NCBI RefSeq assembly: GCF_000181795.1
Contig: NW_003526945.1
Location: forward strand, 3,171,513 to 3,235,512
DNA: 64,000 bases
Direction of reading: 5' to 3'
From: Trichinella spiralis
Lineage: Eukaryota
Shown here: in pieces, positions 14,508-27,400 of the stretch
Layout of the letters: each line of letters opens with the position of its first letter
Numbering within the stretch: position 1 is the stretch's first letter
The notes under the pieces: generated by a model
The model's database searches: none
What the model was told of the DNA's origin: nothing
What the model saw: the letters and a program-made list of their open reading frames with translations, nothing else
Program-made: the position numbers and the translations under genes

Positions 14508-17500
14508 ATGCGATGAATGGATAAATGAATATTTATTTATCTTTCCCCCGCAGTGCTTTTCTTCGCTGCTTGGCATATTTTTATTACTGCATGGTTAACT
14601 GCTGCACATTGCGTAGAATATCAGAATAAGATTATACAAACAAGCATATATATATATATCTATATATATCTATATATTTCTTTTTCTTATTATTTTTAAA
14701 TGCAAATAACTATTCATTCCAGTGCAATATTGAAATTTTTTCTTTTATAAATTGCACAAGGCAATATTTAACATTTGCCATCGGTTATACGAAACTTTTG
14801 TTATTCTCTCTTTTATGTTATACAGTAGTAGACTTGCAATTAAACTATGCGTTTGTAGTGCTGCTGTGTCGTCGTGTTATTTGTCCACGATGGTTGTGTA
14901 TCAGCATCCTTTTTCTCTTTTGCTGAGCACATCGAAGGCATTGTGTGTAGGATGTTGATTATTATTATTATAATGGCACGGATGGCAAATCAATACGTTG
15001 CGTATTTTTGTTTTACTTGACAATTATACCATATGCATTTTGTCCAATTGTTCACCATGATGCATGCATACTTTTCTCACTTTTTTCCTTTCGAACCACC
15101 ATCATCACATGAATTTAATATTTCATTAGTAGTTTTTCTTTTATATAAATTTCCCATTCCACATTTCTACAATTTTAACATTGTTTGAAATTGTTCAATG
15201 TGTGTTGGTCATAATTTTCTCCTTTTAGAAAGAAAATAAAAGTGCTATCCAATAAATACACACTTTTGTGCTTTTATTTTATTACTTCTATGTATGATTT
15301 TTGCTTACTTATTGGGCACTGGATGTGCTTTTGGAAAGTGATAATTTTTCCCCTTGTTTGTTTATCACAAGTTTTGAAATTGTAAAATTCGAAAATTTCA
15401 ATTTTACAGCAATTATGAAACTTTTCCATTTCAATAAAATAGTAATACATTTCATCATCTACTATCAAATACATTCAAAAATGAATACAATCTAAATGGG
15501 ATGAATTTTTACTTTCAAAAGCGTACAATTCTAGTTTTGCATACAACAAACCTGTTTTCAAAACTGGAATATTGAATTTCATTCATACAAATTTATTTGC
15601 ACGCATTTACAGCTCAGTTGTCTTTTTTTTCATATTTTCTGTGATTTTTAAGCTTCATCACCATCAGTGTCGTCATTGAAATCGCACCCCAGTATATATG
15701 AGCAACAAAAAGCACAATAATATATACAAATCCATCTCTTTTTTATTGCATATTATTGCTCAGGTGAATTGTTCGTATTGAACAGATTAAATTCATGGCA
15801 AAGCCATGGACGACCTTTCGTCATCTAAAACTGAAATTCGAAAGCTTATCTGCTTATCTACACTGCATTGGAAATTTGCATTTTCTACGTTTGCTTATTA
15901 TACAAACGACGCTATTGTTATTGACTTTTCCATTGATATTCAAACATTTCATTTGAAATTGTTTGAATTGAGGAAATTCCATTTTCAAATCCACCAACGG
16001 TTAAGCAGAATCAACCCAAGACAAGACACCAATTTCAATGCTATTTATTATTTCAAAATATTAAAATAACACTATGTAGTTGATGCAAATTTTGTAATGA
16101 TTGTTGATTGCAAGCAAAGAACAGAGTCAGTTTAATCTGCTGAATATTGGTTTGTGAATTTTTGAGAAAAAAGAATAGAATTGCACAAAAGAATAGAACA
16201 AGTTTTATTCCCTAAATATAAATAACATATACTTGAACAATGAATGGACATTCTGCTTCGGGCAACAGCAAGCTTTTATAAATGCATCCTGTTGCTGGCA
16301 GTTGCATCATCATCATCATCATCATCATCATTATCAAATGCAACCAGTCCCTCTTCATTTCTCTTCTCTGAGATGCAATGAAAAGTTGAAGAAGCAAGTT
16401 TTTTTTTTCAAATCACTGTTCAACGTTTCGCCAATATTTGGGTTGGAAATTTCACTCAAATGCAAGAATTTAATGCTTTTTCGATTAGCCGCTTAATCAT
16501 TTGAACAACAACAACAACAGCAACAATTTTCCCCACAAGCAGCGCATTTTGACGAACATTTGCCTGAAATGAGTGCCGTGACACGCAATTCACCGTTTGG
16601 TAATGATTTTACAATAGACGAACCACAGCGTGGTGGCCGTCGACGCATTTCCACGTCAAAACTCCACTCGTACGCAACTAATAATAATAATAATAATTTA
16701 TGAATCCATAAATGTTGTTGTAATTGGCTTTTGTTTCGTTGCCTATAGATCGTCGGCGAATCTGATTTGTTGGAACTGCACCACGGAAAATGCTTTACAA
16801 ACGGTAAGACGCATTCAATGGAACTTTTGTCTTCGAGCAAATCTGGTATCCAGCTGAAAATAATCTTACCAATCGAGCATTTTTCGTCTAAATACAACAC
16901 ACCTTGAGCAGAAATCAATAATTTCCTTTTCATTCCAAGATTATTACTTTGCTTGCTGTCCAAATGCTTCTGATCAGTTATCATTGTTCAGCTTGCTTGC
17001 CTTAAGACGCAGACCACTTTTAGATGCCAGACGATCATGCTTCCATTGAAAATGATAAACTTAAAGCTTCAGAAACTGGCAATCTTAACATGGACAGCAC
17101 AGTCGACAGTTGGCTTGCTCCTCTATTCACAAATAATAATGTAAGCATTCTTCAGCAGTATAATCTGTCCCTTCTTTAATTTAAAATTAAATTTGAATAT
17201 CAAATCAAATTATATTTAATTTTATTCTCACATTATCAATTAACTCAAACAGCTATTAGAATACTTCTTATTAAACGTCATACTTTATTGGTTTAACGTC
17301 AAACGACACAATCATCTGTACAGACTGTTTAAAAAAGAATTTTGCGAATCAACTTTAAAATTTCAACTATTTATACTGTTTAGTTGGCATTTTTTACTAG
17401 CTCAAACTTCTTCTGATACTTGTCAGCAGCATTTAAAGTCAGTAACACCTGCTTACTGTACTTTAACATAAACTTAACAATGAGCAAAACCAAAAATGCA

Positions 17501-17884
17501 AATATATGCAAAACATTTACAATATTACTGAATTATTCATTTACGTCCTCTTTTTTAAGAATAAATTTCAGAGATATTTGAATTTTATAAATGTTAGCAA
17601 TACATTTTGCTTTTAATTTATTAATTTTCAAGTAAACTATGTGCTCAGTATGCAAAACACTTTAGAATAAGTTGGATTTTTATTAAATAAAGATTTTCAT
17701 AGCATAAATTAACTTTCAAAATTCATTTTACTTATTATTTTCACTTTATCTTATGGATTAATAAACTGAGTACCATAATGAGTACTGTATTTAATGGCGA
17801 CTATATACAAGTTTCATTCATTGAAATTCTTTTATGCACAGTCAAACATGGGATTATTTAACTTGAAATGCATAATTAAATATG

Positions 17885-17888
<4 letters not shown>

Positions 17889-17919
<31 letters not shown>
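17889..17919. repeat. (TA)n microsatellite
   Basis: Uninterrupted TA dinucleotide run. Confidence 0.9.
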
Positions 17920-17921
<2 letters not shown>

Positions 17922-18070
17922 CAGTCAAACTTGCAGTTTATTGTGCATCATTATTAAGTTTAGTACCTTTAAAAAAGAGTTTAATGAGCATATTTTGTAC
18001 ATCAATTATAAACTTATAGCGTATATCAGTAAGCCAAGAGAAGAAGCTAATCTTAGACAGTGTGATTGCC

Positions 18071-19472
18071 ATGCAGCACATTGATGCAGAAAGACTTGAG
18101 GATCTAAAAGAAGAAATAGGAGATTACGACCCAAGAAGCATTGGAGTCATTGATTCGCCAACATTTCAACGGCTTCTTGTCCGTTGTATGAAGCCTGTAA
18201 GCTTGACACTTAAATTTTACTTTTGGCTTACATTAATGCAAAATACTATAGGCCAATTTGCAGCCGAGCACTCTTCAAGGTTTGTTATTAATGTTTGCTC
18301 TCGACGTTCGGAAACCTCGCCAAGTACTTTACAAACCACTACTTGACTATTTGAAGCGCATCCAAATATTTTCAAAAGAAAAGTATGATACGTTAATGTT
18401 GCTCTGTTTATGAAGCTTTCATTTCTTTAGCAAATCGCTTATCCCTGAATGTTATGAAAATTATGCAAATTTAGAAAGGTAAGCGATGAAAAGTTTGGTA
18501 ATTTTTACTCAACCTTTTCATGTTTTGAGGTCTGAAAAATACTCATCTCCTTACCGTAAACCTAGTGATGCTAAACTGTTAGCGGATATAAAAGAAGCGT
18601 TGAACAAAGCATGTGCCGAAGATATTGATTTCACGGTGCTTGAAAAAGAACTGAACCATCTTGATCCTCAGAAGACTTCATTTTTGAGAGAGAAACAAAT
18701 CCAAGACGTGCTGAGGCGCACAAAATTACAGTCTACACTGCAAAATATTCTTCCGCGTCTTTTAGATCGTTGTGAACTGAGAGCGGATTTACGCTACGAG
18801 TATGCTTTTATTGATTCATAAATTTAACTAAATACAAAGCAAGATATTTTAATCAAATCTACTCTTTTTCAAGTGAAAATTTTTTAAATTTAGTTGGAAA
18901 ACGTTTTTGCAATTTTTGAATGAAGCTCAAAAAGAGCAGCATGCTGAACAGAACTTTACTCAAGCATCAGAGTCCAATCAGGTATTGATTATTTCTTTTT
19001 CAAAATTGAAAGTAAATTTGCTTTTTTTAGATTAAAACTGAAGTAAATCTAGAAACGAATGATGCAGATTTGTCAGAAATCAAGAAGTGTTCAATTTCAT
19101 CTAATAATGAAACAAAAAAATCTTCAGACTGCGTTGAAATGCCATCTGACAACTCTACGTTTTTTAATCATGAAGATGCTATTGAGATGCGCAACATAAA
19201 AACACTTATTGAAGCTTTGAAGAAGCTTGATCGAAACAAGACAGGCAAATGATTTTCGTGTTCTATTAATTTCTGTTCGTCTAAACAGATTTACTTTAGG
19301 ATGGATTCCACTTTCAAAAACCCGCATTATCATTCAACAGTACAATGACTTGCACCAGCTTGGGTTCGATTCCAAATATATTAGGAGAATATTACAATTT
19401 TCTGTTAATGAAAATGAAACTATGGTAAATTTGGAAACTATATCTGGATTTCTTACAAAAAAATCCTCATAA
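18071..19472 (+). CDS. C1orf87-like protein with degenerate EF-hand-like repeats
   Basis: The spliced frame contains three helix-loop-helix units (DYDPRSIGVID, HLDPQKTSFLR, KLDRNKTGWIP). The C-terminus IEALKKLDRNKTGWIPLSKTRIIIQQYNDLHQLGFDSKYIRRIL...VNLETISGFL resembles my recollection of the human C1orf87 C-terminus (ALYLCDLSNTGVLEKERARRLIHNYNLIYNL...). The last intron (19245-19299) is GC-AG. The start codon is uncertain. Confidence 0.65.
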
Positions 19473-21218
19473 CAATGCAATGTGAAAGTTTCACAACTGG
19501 ATATTTTCTTTGATCAGATTGTGCACCATAATTCATATTAAATTTGTTCTTCTTATTCAGTCATTTAAAAACACAATTATACAATTTTTAAAAGACATTA
19601 ATAAAATAATGTGATGTAAAGTTGAAAAAATGCCACTTAGAATCAATACTTAAATGAGCGTATCTTATTTATCATGTTATTATGCTTGATTTACTGTAAT
19701 AACTTGTATGTATGAAATACTTACTGTTGTGTTCATAAATGAATTTATATTTAATAATTCATACATGCAGTATAATAATTTGAAAAAAATAAATAAATTT
19801 GAATGAAAGACTATAGAAGAAAGCTAAAACATTAAAGCAAATGAGTATTTTTTTAATTTTAATCCAAAAGATTCACAATGAAAATGTATTCCAAATCTTG
19901 AAAAGCAATTTCATTTAAATATTTTGCAATGGAAATTTTGAAGTAAGAATATTTCAGTTTTATAAATTTCATAATAGATATGCAATTATGGGATCTTCGA
20001 GTAAATGAGCATAAATAATCAGCGAACAACTACCTCGATGATTGACACTGGATGACTAACAGTCAATGACTAAGCAGCAGATAGACCGGCTTTTGAAGTA
20101 GAAATTTGCTTTGCAGATGATTCAGGTTTGATTTTGTTTAAACTGAGAAAGAGCAGAATTTGCCGTTCAAACATTGACATTGTTGTCAAAGCGTGACGGG
20201 CTAGTTCATTTTTGCGCTAGTTGATTCATCTCTACACGTATGTCAATGATCAACAAACCACCTGCTAGAATAACTCCATCATGAATCAGATTTCTCAAAA
20301 TACAATAAAAGCATCGAAATCTCAAATGAATATGCCGTATCCATAATGAATACTCTCGTGCAATCAGTCAATGTTCGAAAAGTACATGCATATCAGCAAC
20401 ACTCATTAAATTACCATACTGTAATAAGTAGCATTCAGTTGTGAAATTTTAACAATCATTTCAGAAATAGTGACATATTTCTGGATATGTTTAAGAAAAA
20501 AACAGCTTGTGCATGTTGTCAATGCTTGAAACGCCTGCACATAGCAAAGAATGCTTTGTTGAAGCAAAGACAACGGCGGTCGTGCCCAGTCATTCAATGC
20601 AAGGCTAGTTGAATTTATTTGTAGAACTATGGGTCTGGTTGTTGACCAGTCTTTCGATTATGTTGACAAAAGCATTTTGCATATTGACAAATAGCTCACC
20701 GGAGCTGCAATCCTCTTCACTCTTTGGGTCATATTTTCTCAACTCAACGGTGCCGCTCATTTCATGTCGTTTAGTCCGCTTTACAAGCGTGATCTGATCG
20801 CTTCAACTATTCCAACGTTCCATCAGCAACTGAATTGAATCTCTACTGTTGTTGTCCTGTTGCTTCCATTCATTGCTAATCATCTTCAGTATCAATTTAT
20901 ATGCTTTATTAGGCAAATAGGAAAAAGCATCAAAGAAACATGTTGTATAGTTAGCTTTACATTTTCCGCTTTTCATAAATGCACCATCGAAGAGAGAGAA
21001 CAAGAGAGCATTGGTAAATGCGAACGTTATCAGTAGGAGTGTTTGTTCAATTGATTCGCACCTTCTCCATGTATTGTGCATTGTCGAGTCAGGCTGCAAG
21101 TTGCGCGTGTGCATTGATTGTTCATTGACGAATAAGCTTAAGCTTCGATAAGTGAGCGTTTTGGTCAGTTTTGGCCAAAACAACAAGCTTGAACTGTGGA
21201 AATTGAATTTCACTTCTG

Positions 21219-23248
21219 ATGTATTTCGTTCACGATGTAAGTTTGTCCCGTGCCATTCTTGACCATCTCACTGGCCTTAATCCTTGGCTTGACACTGTTG
21301 AACAAGCATTGAACAGTGTGCACAGTGAACTGTATTTATTTTGTAGAAAATGTCCATGCCGCCTAGTCGAGCTCAAAGTGAAGTTCTGTCGGCTAGTCAG
21401 TACGGCGCCACGATGAATCAGCAGACTCCACGTGTCAATTACTTCATCATACCGATATTCGTTTTGGAAATCATCGGTCTTGCCTGTCTTTGGGCTTTAT
21501 TCTACTACTTACGGTAGATGAGAACGATTTGCATTGTCATTTTTTACCACTTATGAAAGTTGCTTTAGTTTCACATCCGTATTTCCTTACCACGAACGCG
21601 TGTTCAGCTGCAACGATGCGACTTTGGCAATGCCGAATCTCAATCCGAACCAATTTCTACTCTATGTATCCTACGATGCACTTTACTGTGTATCATTTAT
21701 CATCCCACCTTTTGTGGTACATCAATATGCAAACAAGCAAACATTGTCGTGATTTGTTTAATTATTTTCAAGATTCTTCTTGGAGAATTGATGTTCTGGC
21801 TATTCTCTACAAAGCCGAGAAAAGTAGTCCACGCAAACTGTCGTGAATTTACAGTACACTTATTCACCCGACGACTTCTTCGCTTTATAAGTAACGTTTT
21901 GGCCCAGTTCTTTTTCACTTTCAACACTCTACCTGCCGATCAATAATTCCACTTGCCCAACTTTCACATCGGTACTATTTAAATTTCATTCAGCATACGT
22001 GATTTTCAGGTGTGTACATATTTGGAGCGTTGATTGTTTGCATTTTGATCGACACCATCAAATTGATGACCGGATTTCATCGTCCATACTTTTTGACCCA
22101 GTGCAATCCGAATTATGAAAAATACTGCAAACCACCGTTGATGCTATCACCGGATATGAATCCTTCTTACGCTTGCAATGTTGTTCACGATGCTGATTTT
22201 CGATCTGCTTGGTAAATTTTTAGTCAATTTATTGAACATTTGATAAAAAGAATCAACCACTCCCCAAAAATGATGGACTTTGGCATTGGAATTTCAGTCG
22301 AGCGATTTTCAACTAACGTTATCTATCAATCAGTTGGTCCCGTGTTGTGACCTTTTTTACATTATCAAGTTAAATAATGGATGATATACATTTAAATGAT
22401 TTAATACTGCCATTGCAATTAGTGGTCGTTTTTGATCGAATGATGAAAAAAATTCATTGTTCAACTTTAAGGTTGTCATTTCCTTCTCTTCACGCTGGTT
22501 TGTCTTCTTTTGCCGCAATATTCACTTCGGTAAAGCATTTAATTGTCAACAGTTAGTTGTTCACCAACTGACAATTGTTCTGTTTGAGTGTTACGTCCAT
22601 TACATGATAAGCTTACGCGGAGCCCCACTGCTTCGTCCGTTTTTGATTTTCGGATTTATCGGCATGAGCGTCATTGCCAGCTTTTCCTTTGTCCAGGGCT
22701 ACAAAAACCACTGGCTGGATGTCTGGGTTGGCTGGCTGATCGGTGTGGCCTGCGCCTTTTACTTGGTAATTTGATGACCGCGCACAGTTGACTTGGCCGT
22801 GTCGTTATGAATAATTTGTGTTTCCACTGTGAACTGGTTTTTTTATTTTCACAAAATTTTTCAGTGTCACAACGTTCTGTGTTTCCAAGAGTTCTATCAC
22901 GTGATAGAAGATGAACGTCGGCTGCCACAAGAGCACATTTCGCCGTTCTTTTCTTGGTTCCGTCTACCCCGAGTGAACGCCAAAGATCCCACCTACAGGT
23001 GAGCAATTGATTCAATCAACGGGCGTTCAGTTGAACGTAATTTGACGCAAGCCTGTGGATTTAGCGTTTACGCCGAAGAGGAAAGCCCTGCTGCGATGCC
23101 TCCGGCCGGAGCATCATCACTTGCTCGTCATAAGGGTGAAAGCGGCAGAAATATGCACCGAACTTATGAAGTGACCACAACGACAGAATCGTTTCAACGA
23201 ACAGTCACTCCTGCTCACCAAGCTGCCAATATTGGAGAAAATTTTTAA
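21219..23248 (+). CDS. Phospholipid phosphatase-related protein (PLPPR/PRG-type PAP2, probably catalytically dead)
   Basis: Multi-TM protein with FSCND, C1 KLMTGFHRPYFL, C2 SFPSLHA and C3 SFVQGYKNHWLDV. A short first exon at 21219-21236 (GTAAGT donor) joins in frame at 21347; the alternative start is ATG 21350. Confidence 0.88.
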
Positions 23249-24433
23249 TCATGATTTTCGCTTTGGTACAGCTGACAAACAAATACAAATGACATCGTTT
23301 CAATAATGTAAAACAACAACAACAGACAATAATATACTGTCACTTGAAATATCAGATTGAAAGCATTTTTTGTTTAAATTGTCAAAAGCAGCATAAAAAC
23401 TTTATAATTTAATCTTCTCTGTGTCGTTGAAAAATAAAGAACAATTGTTGCACTTTTCCAGATAATTTGAGACATTATTAATGCATGCTCATCATTTGCA
23501 TCTTACTGTAAGAAGAAAAAAATCATCGTATGTTGATTAAGTTGGAGAGACGCATCGATCAGCTATGCGTTTTTGGCATTGCTTTTCGTCTGTCTGGCTA
23601 ATAAATTGGTGACAATTAATTGTGGAAAATAAATTTTCAGAAAACAAATGCAAAAATAAATCACAAAAGAAAAATCACCTCATGCCAAGATGATTGTTTC
23701 CAATAGATAATTAGTTATTCACGTTGCCAACTGTTGTAGCAAATTGGAGATATTTTGATGGTTAAAGAGGAAAGAAAATTCAACGTCAGCCATAAGATAA
23801 GTTATTTAAAAATAATTGCATCGGTGACGTGAATAAAAATGGTCTTTTTTTCCGTTTAAATTACAAATAATCAACTTGATGCTCCACGTAATAATGTGGT
23901 CCGTTGCTGAAATGAATAAAAATGGCGAGCAGAGAAGAAGAGGAAAGGATGAATTAAAATTTTATTCATCAATAAATAAAAAAATAACTATCAACGAGAA
24001 ATGTTGAATCGTTTGAAAACAAATGAATTATTATTTTTTTCCCATATCAGTCTGACTGACACCCGAAATGGAAACAGAATACGGCAACAGAAAACAGAAG
24101 AAGAAGAATCATTGCAACAAATTCCATACCATAGCGCGTCGATGTGAGCGTTGACTTTAAAGGCACCTTGCACGTGAAATGAAAACAATATTGGAGACTT
24201 AACGCTTAATCAATCAACCATTACCATCATCATCATCATCATCATCATCATTCTCATTATCCATCATTCGATTAGAAGTTATTATTGCCATTGTTATTAC
24301 TTTGTTTATAATGGAACTAAATCATTACCAACAATATAAAGAAAAAATGCCTCCAAAAAAATAAATGAATAAATAAATAAATAAATAAATAAAAATAATA
24401 ATAATAGAAGTCATTAGATATGCCCATTTAGTT

Positions 24434-27400
24434 TTATCGTTTAAAGTTCCACACAGAAGCATTCACTTGAGACTGAGGCAAATCGCTGACCATAGACGGA
24501 AATTCTTGCATATTTTCCATATCTGGCACCGGCTTGCTCAATTCGTCGTCCGTCTGCGTTTTCTGCCAAGGAGCGTTTACAATTTCCATGGCAGGCTGAT
24601 GTTGTGCAGTTGTATTCTCTTCAGCCATTCTCATCGGATCTCTGTAAGCGTACCGATCCACAATGTCCTTAAATTCAACGTGACAGCGTACAGAAAGAGA
24701 TTATAAAGAAAATCCAAATTTTACAAAACCACAATTTTCCAAACAAACAAACATTCTCCCTTACCTGCAAATATTCCTCTTCCAAATTGCGCAAATGATC
24801 AATGCAATCAAACACCGAGTCCTCCACTTTGCCGCAGACGGTAACCAAATTTGGATTCTGATCCGCTTGGCGAGGGAAACGAATCTCCACCTGATATTGT
24901 TCCATAATCTGAATAAACAATGTTCAAAATCGTTAAAATGGGCCCATGTTTTCAAGCTGTGCAGTATTTTACCCGTTTGACGTTCTTTCCACGCTGACCA
25001 ATAATTCTGTTGTGAACGCGACAGTCAAGAGCAATCTCCTGGGTGCAAAGTGATTTGTAATCCGCGACCATCGTCTCAATTTCCTTCTTGCAGTTGGTTG
25101 CATTCTCTTCGTAACCTTCAAAAAAAATTTCCATAAACAAATATGAAAAATAATAATAAGAATAAGAATTTGTTTTTCCTACCAGTAATAGTGATTTCAG
25201 TGTCACCGTCGTCCCCTCTCTGCTGAGGCACCGATATCATCACGTCATATTTGGAACGGAGCCGTTGAATTTCACGTCCTTTGATGCCGATCAATTTCGG
25301 AACCAACGCACACGGAATTGGCAACTGCAAGGCGAAGCTTTTCAGCTCCTGAAAAAACAAAGAATAATAATAAATGGAATATAAAAGAATATGAGATGAA
25401 ATTTCATTTTTTTTCATACGCGATCTTTCACTTCTCGTTCCAACTGAATGACGTGCTGCTTGATCGCCTCGATCGCCTGATTCACCGCCGTCGCTTTGCC
25501 GCTGATTACAACGTCGTCCAGAGATTGATCCGGAGGTGCAATGTGGACATTCACGGTGAACGCTTCCATGAGACGACGAATTTCCGACCCTTGCCGGCCA
25601 ATCAAATTGCGGTGAAATTCCACCGGCACGTGGATCACTTCCGTGATGGGAATTTCAGCCTGTTGTGGTGAAAAGCGAAGAAAAATGATCACAATTCATT
25701 GGTATACACCGGTATATATATTGGCTTACCAGCAACAGTTGGATAACTTTTTTGCAATTGTCCGGCTGACCAGTGACCAAAACCAGATCGTTCAACGGTT
25801 GGTCAACAACAGCGGGAGAAGAAGCACGAGCATTTTCACCGTCACTGTTGCCATTGCCGTCGCATGTTCCATTCCAATTGGCCGTGCTGCTGTTGGTAGT
25901 TGCGTGATTGTTGCTGTTTGCTTGTTGTTTTTGTTGTTGTTGCTTTTGCTGTTGCTGTTGTTCACGATCCGGAAACTTAATCTGCACATCATACTGGTGA
26001 CTGATGTCTTGCACAAACGCACCACGATTGCGCAACAGCATCTTGTAATGACGTGGATGAATGTGGACCCCTTCGGTGACTTGCGATTCGAGCTTGGCGA
26101 CGATGTCGAGCAGTTGAACTTTGGCGCCTTCGACGCATTCTTTGGGTCCTTTCAAAGTGACACGGCCGTTTCCACTTGCCAATTTTGGAAATGAGATGAA
26201 AATTCCGCCAAACTGTTCTTGAATATCGCGCAAAACGCTTCTCGACCTGGCCAAGAAATGCGAATGCCATTTCGGATCAATATTCACCGCAATTTCCACG
26301 GAACGATTCTGGACAAACAAACAAACAAACAAACAAACAAGATCAGCGCTAGCTAGCTAGCCGTACACAAAAAATCCGTATACAAAACCAAACTCACCAG
26401 TTCACTGATCCAATCGTCCAGTTGCTTTTTGGCATTGAGAACGTCATTCTTTTTGCCAATCAAGTGGATGGTCTCTTTGTCGTCGTCGCACGGTCTCGGG
26501 AAGAGGATCCGCACGCTGGGAAACGATTCACGCATTTTCTTCACCCTGGAACCGCCGCTGCCGATCAAAAAGCCGAACAGCTCCGGTCGAGCTTTCACTT
26601 CGGCCGTGAAGCTCGACGCCTCGCGATCTTTGACCAAATCCAAAAGCACCTTCCTGGCCTTGTCGACGCCGTCCTTGGGTCCGCGGACGGTGACCGTGTC
26701 GCTGTGGGCATTTTCGGCGGGAAATTTGATCTGCACGCCGCCGCACTCTTCGCCGATCGAGTGGATCAAGCGGCCACCGGAGCCGATCAGGCTGCTGTGC
26801 AATTTCCTGGGGATGTTCAACTCCAAAGTGACAATATTTGCCAGTTCGCTTTGCATTTTTTGCAACAACTTCTCCGCCTTGGCCGTGTCGGATTTTTTGC
26901 CGGTGATCAGGATGACGTTGGATTCGTTGCTGTTTTCATCGGAGGGTATTTCAATTTTTGTGCCGGTCTCTTCCATCAGTTTTTTGATGTTCGACCCGCC
27001 CTTGCCAATGATGTGCTTGAGGAAGTCTTTGAAAATCGGCACGCGCACTTGGTGCTTGCTTTCCAACAGTTCGCGGTACATCTGCTGCAAAACCCCGTAA
27101 CAAGCGTCGACTTCATTTTTGGGTCCTCGCAACGAGACCACGTCCGATTTTCGACCCTGGTCCGGAAAGTTGACCACCACATTTGGGAAACGTTGACGCA
27201 AATCGCGAACGTGTTCCCCTTTGACGCCGATCATCATTTTGTGGAATCGACTGTCGATCAGAATGTCGCGAATTTTTTCATTTTCCTCCAAGAAGGAACA
27301 ACATTAATATTATTAATTATGGAAAAGAATTAATTACAACTACAAAAGTTACCTTCTTTTCGGCTAACAGTTGTATCTCCTCTTTGGCTTTGACCACTCC

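Noticed and set aside
19362..19373. GGTTCGATTCC, a tRNA T-loop/B-box lookalike
   Set aside because: It lies in coding sequence (GFDS) with no cloverleaf or A-box.
25860..25965. PolyQ/N insertion in a vigilin KH domain as a novel domain
   Set aside because: It sits after KFPDRE, where vigilins already have a variable loop, and it is explained by CAA/CAG slippage.
26422..27333. Long plus-strand ORFs (303 aa and 223 aa)
   Set aside because: Antisense shadows of a GC-rich vigilin exon with no recognisable domain.
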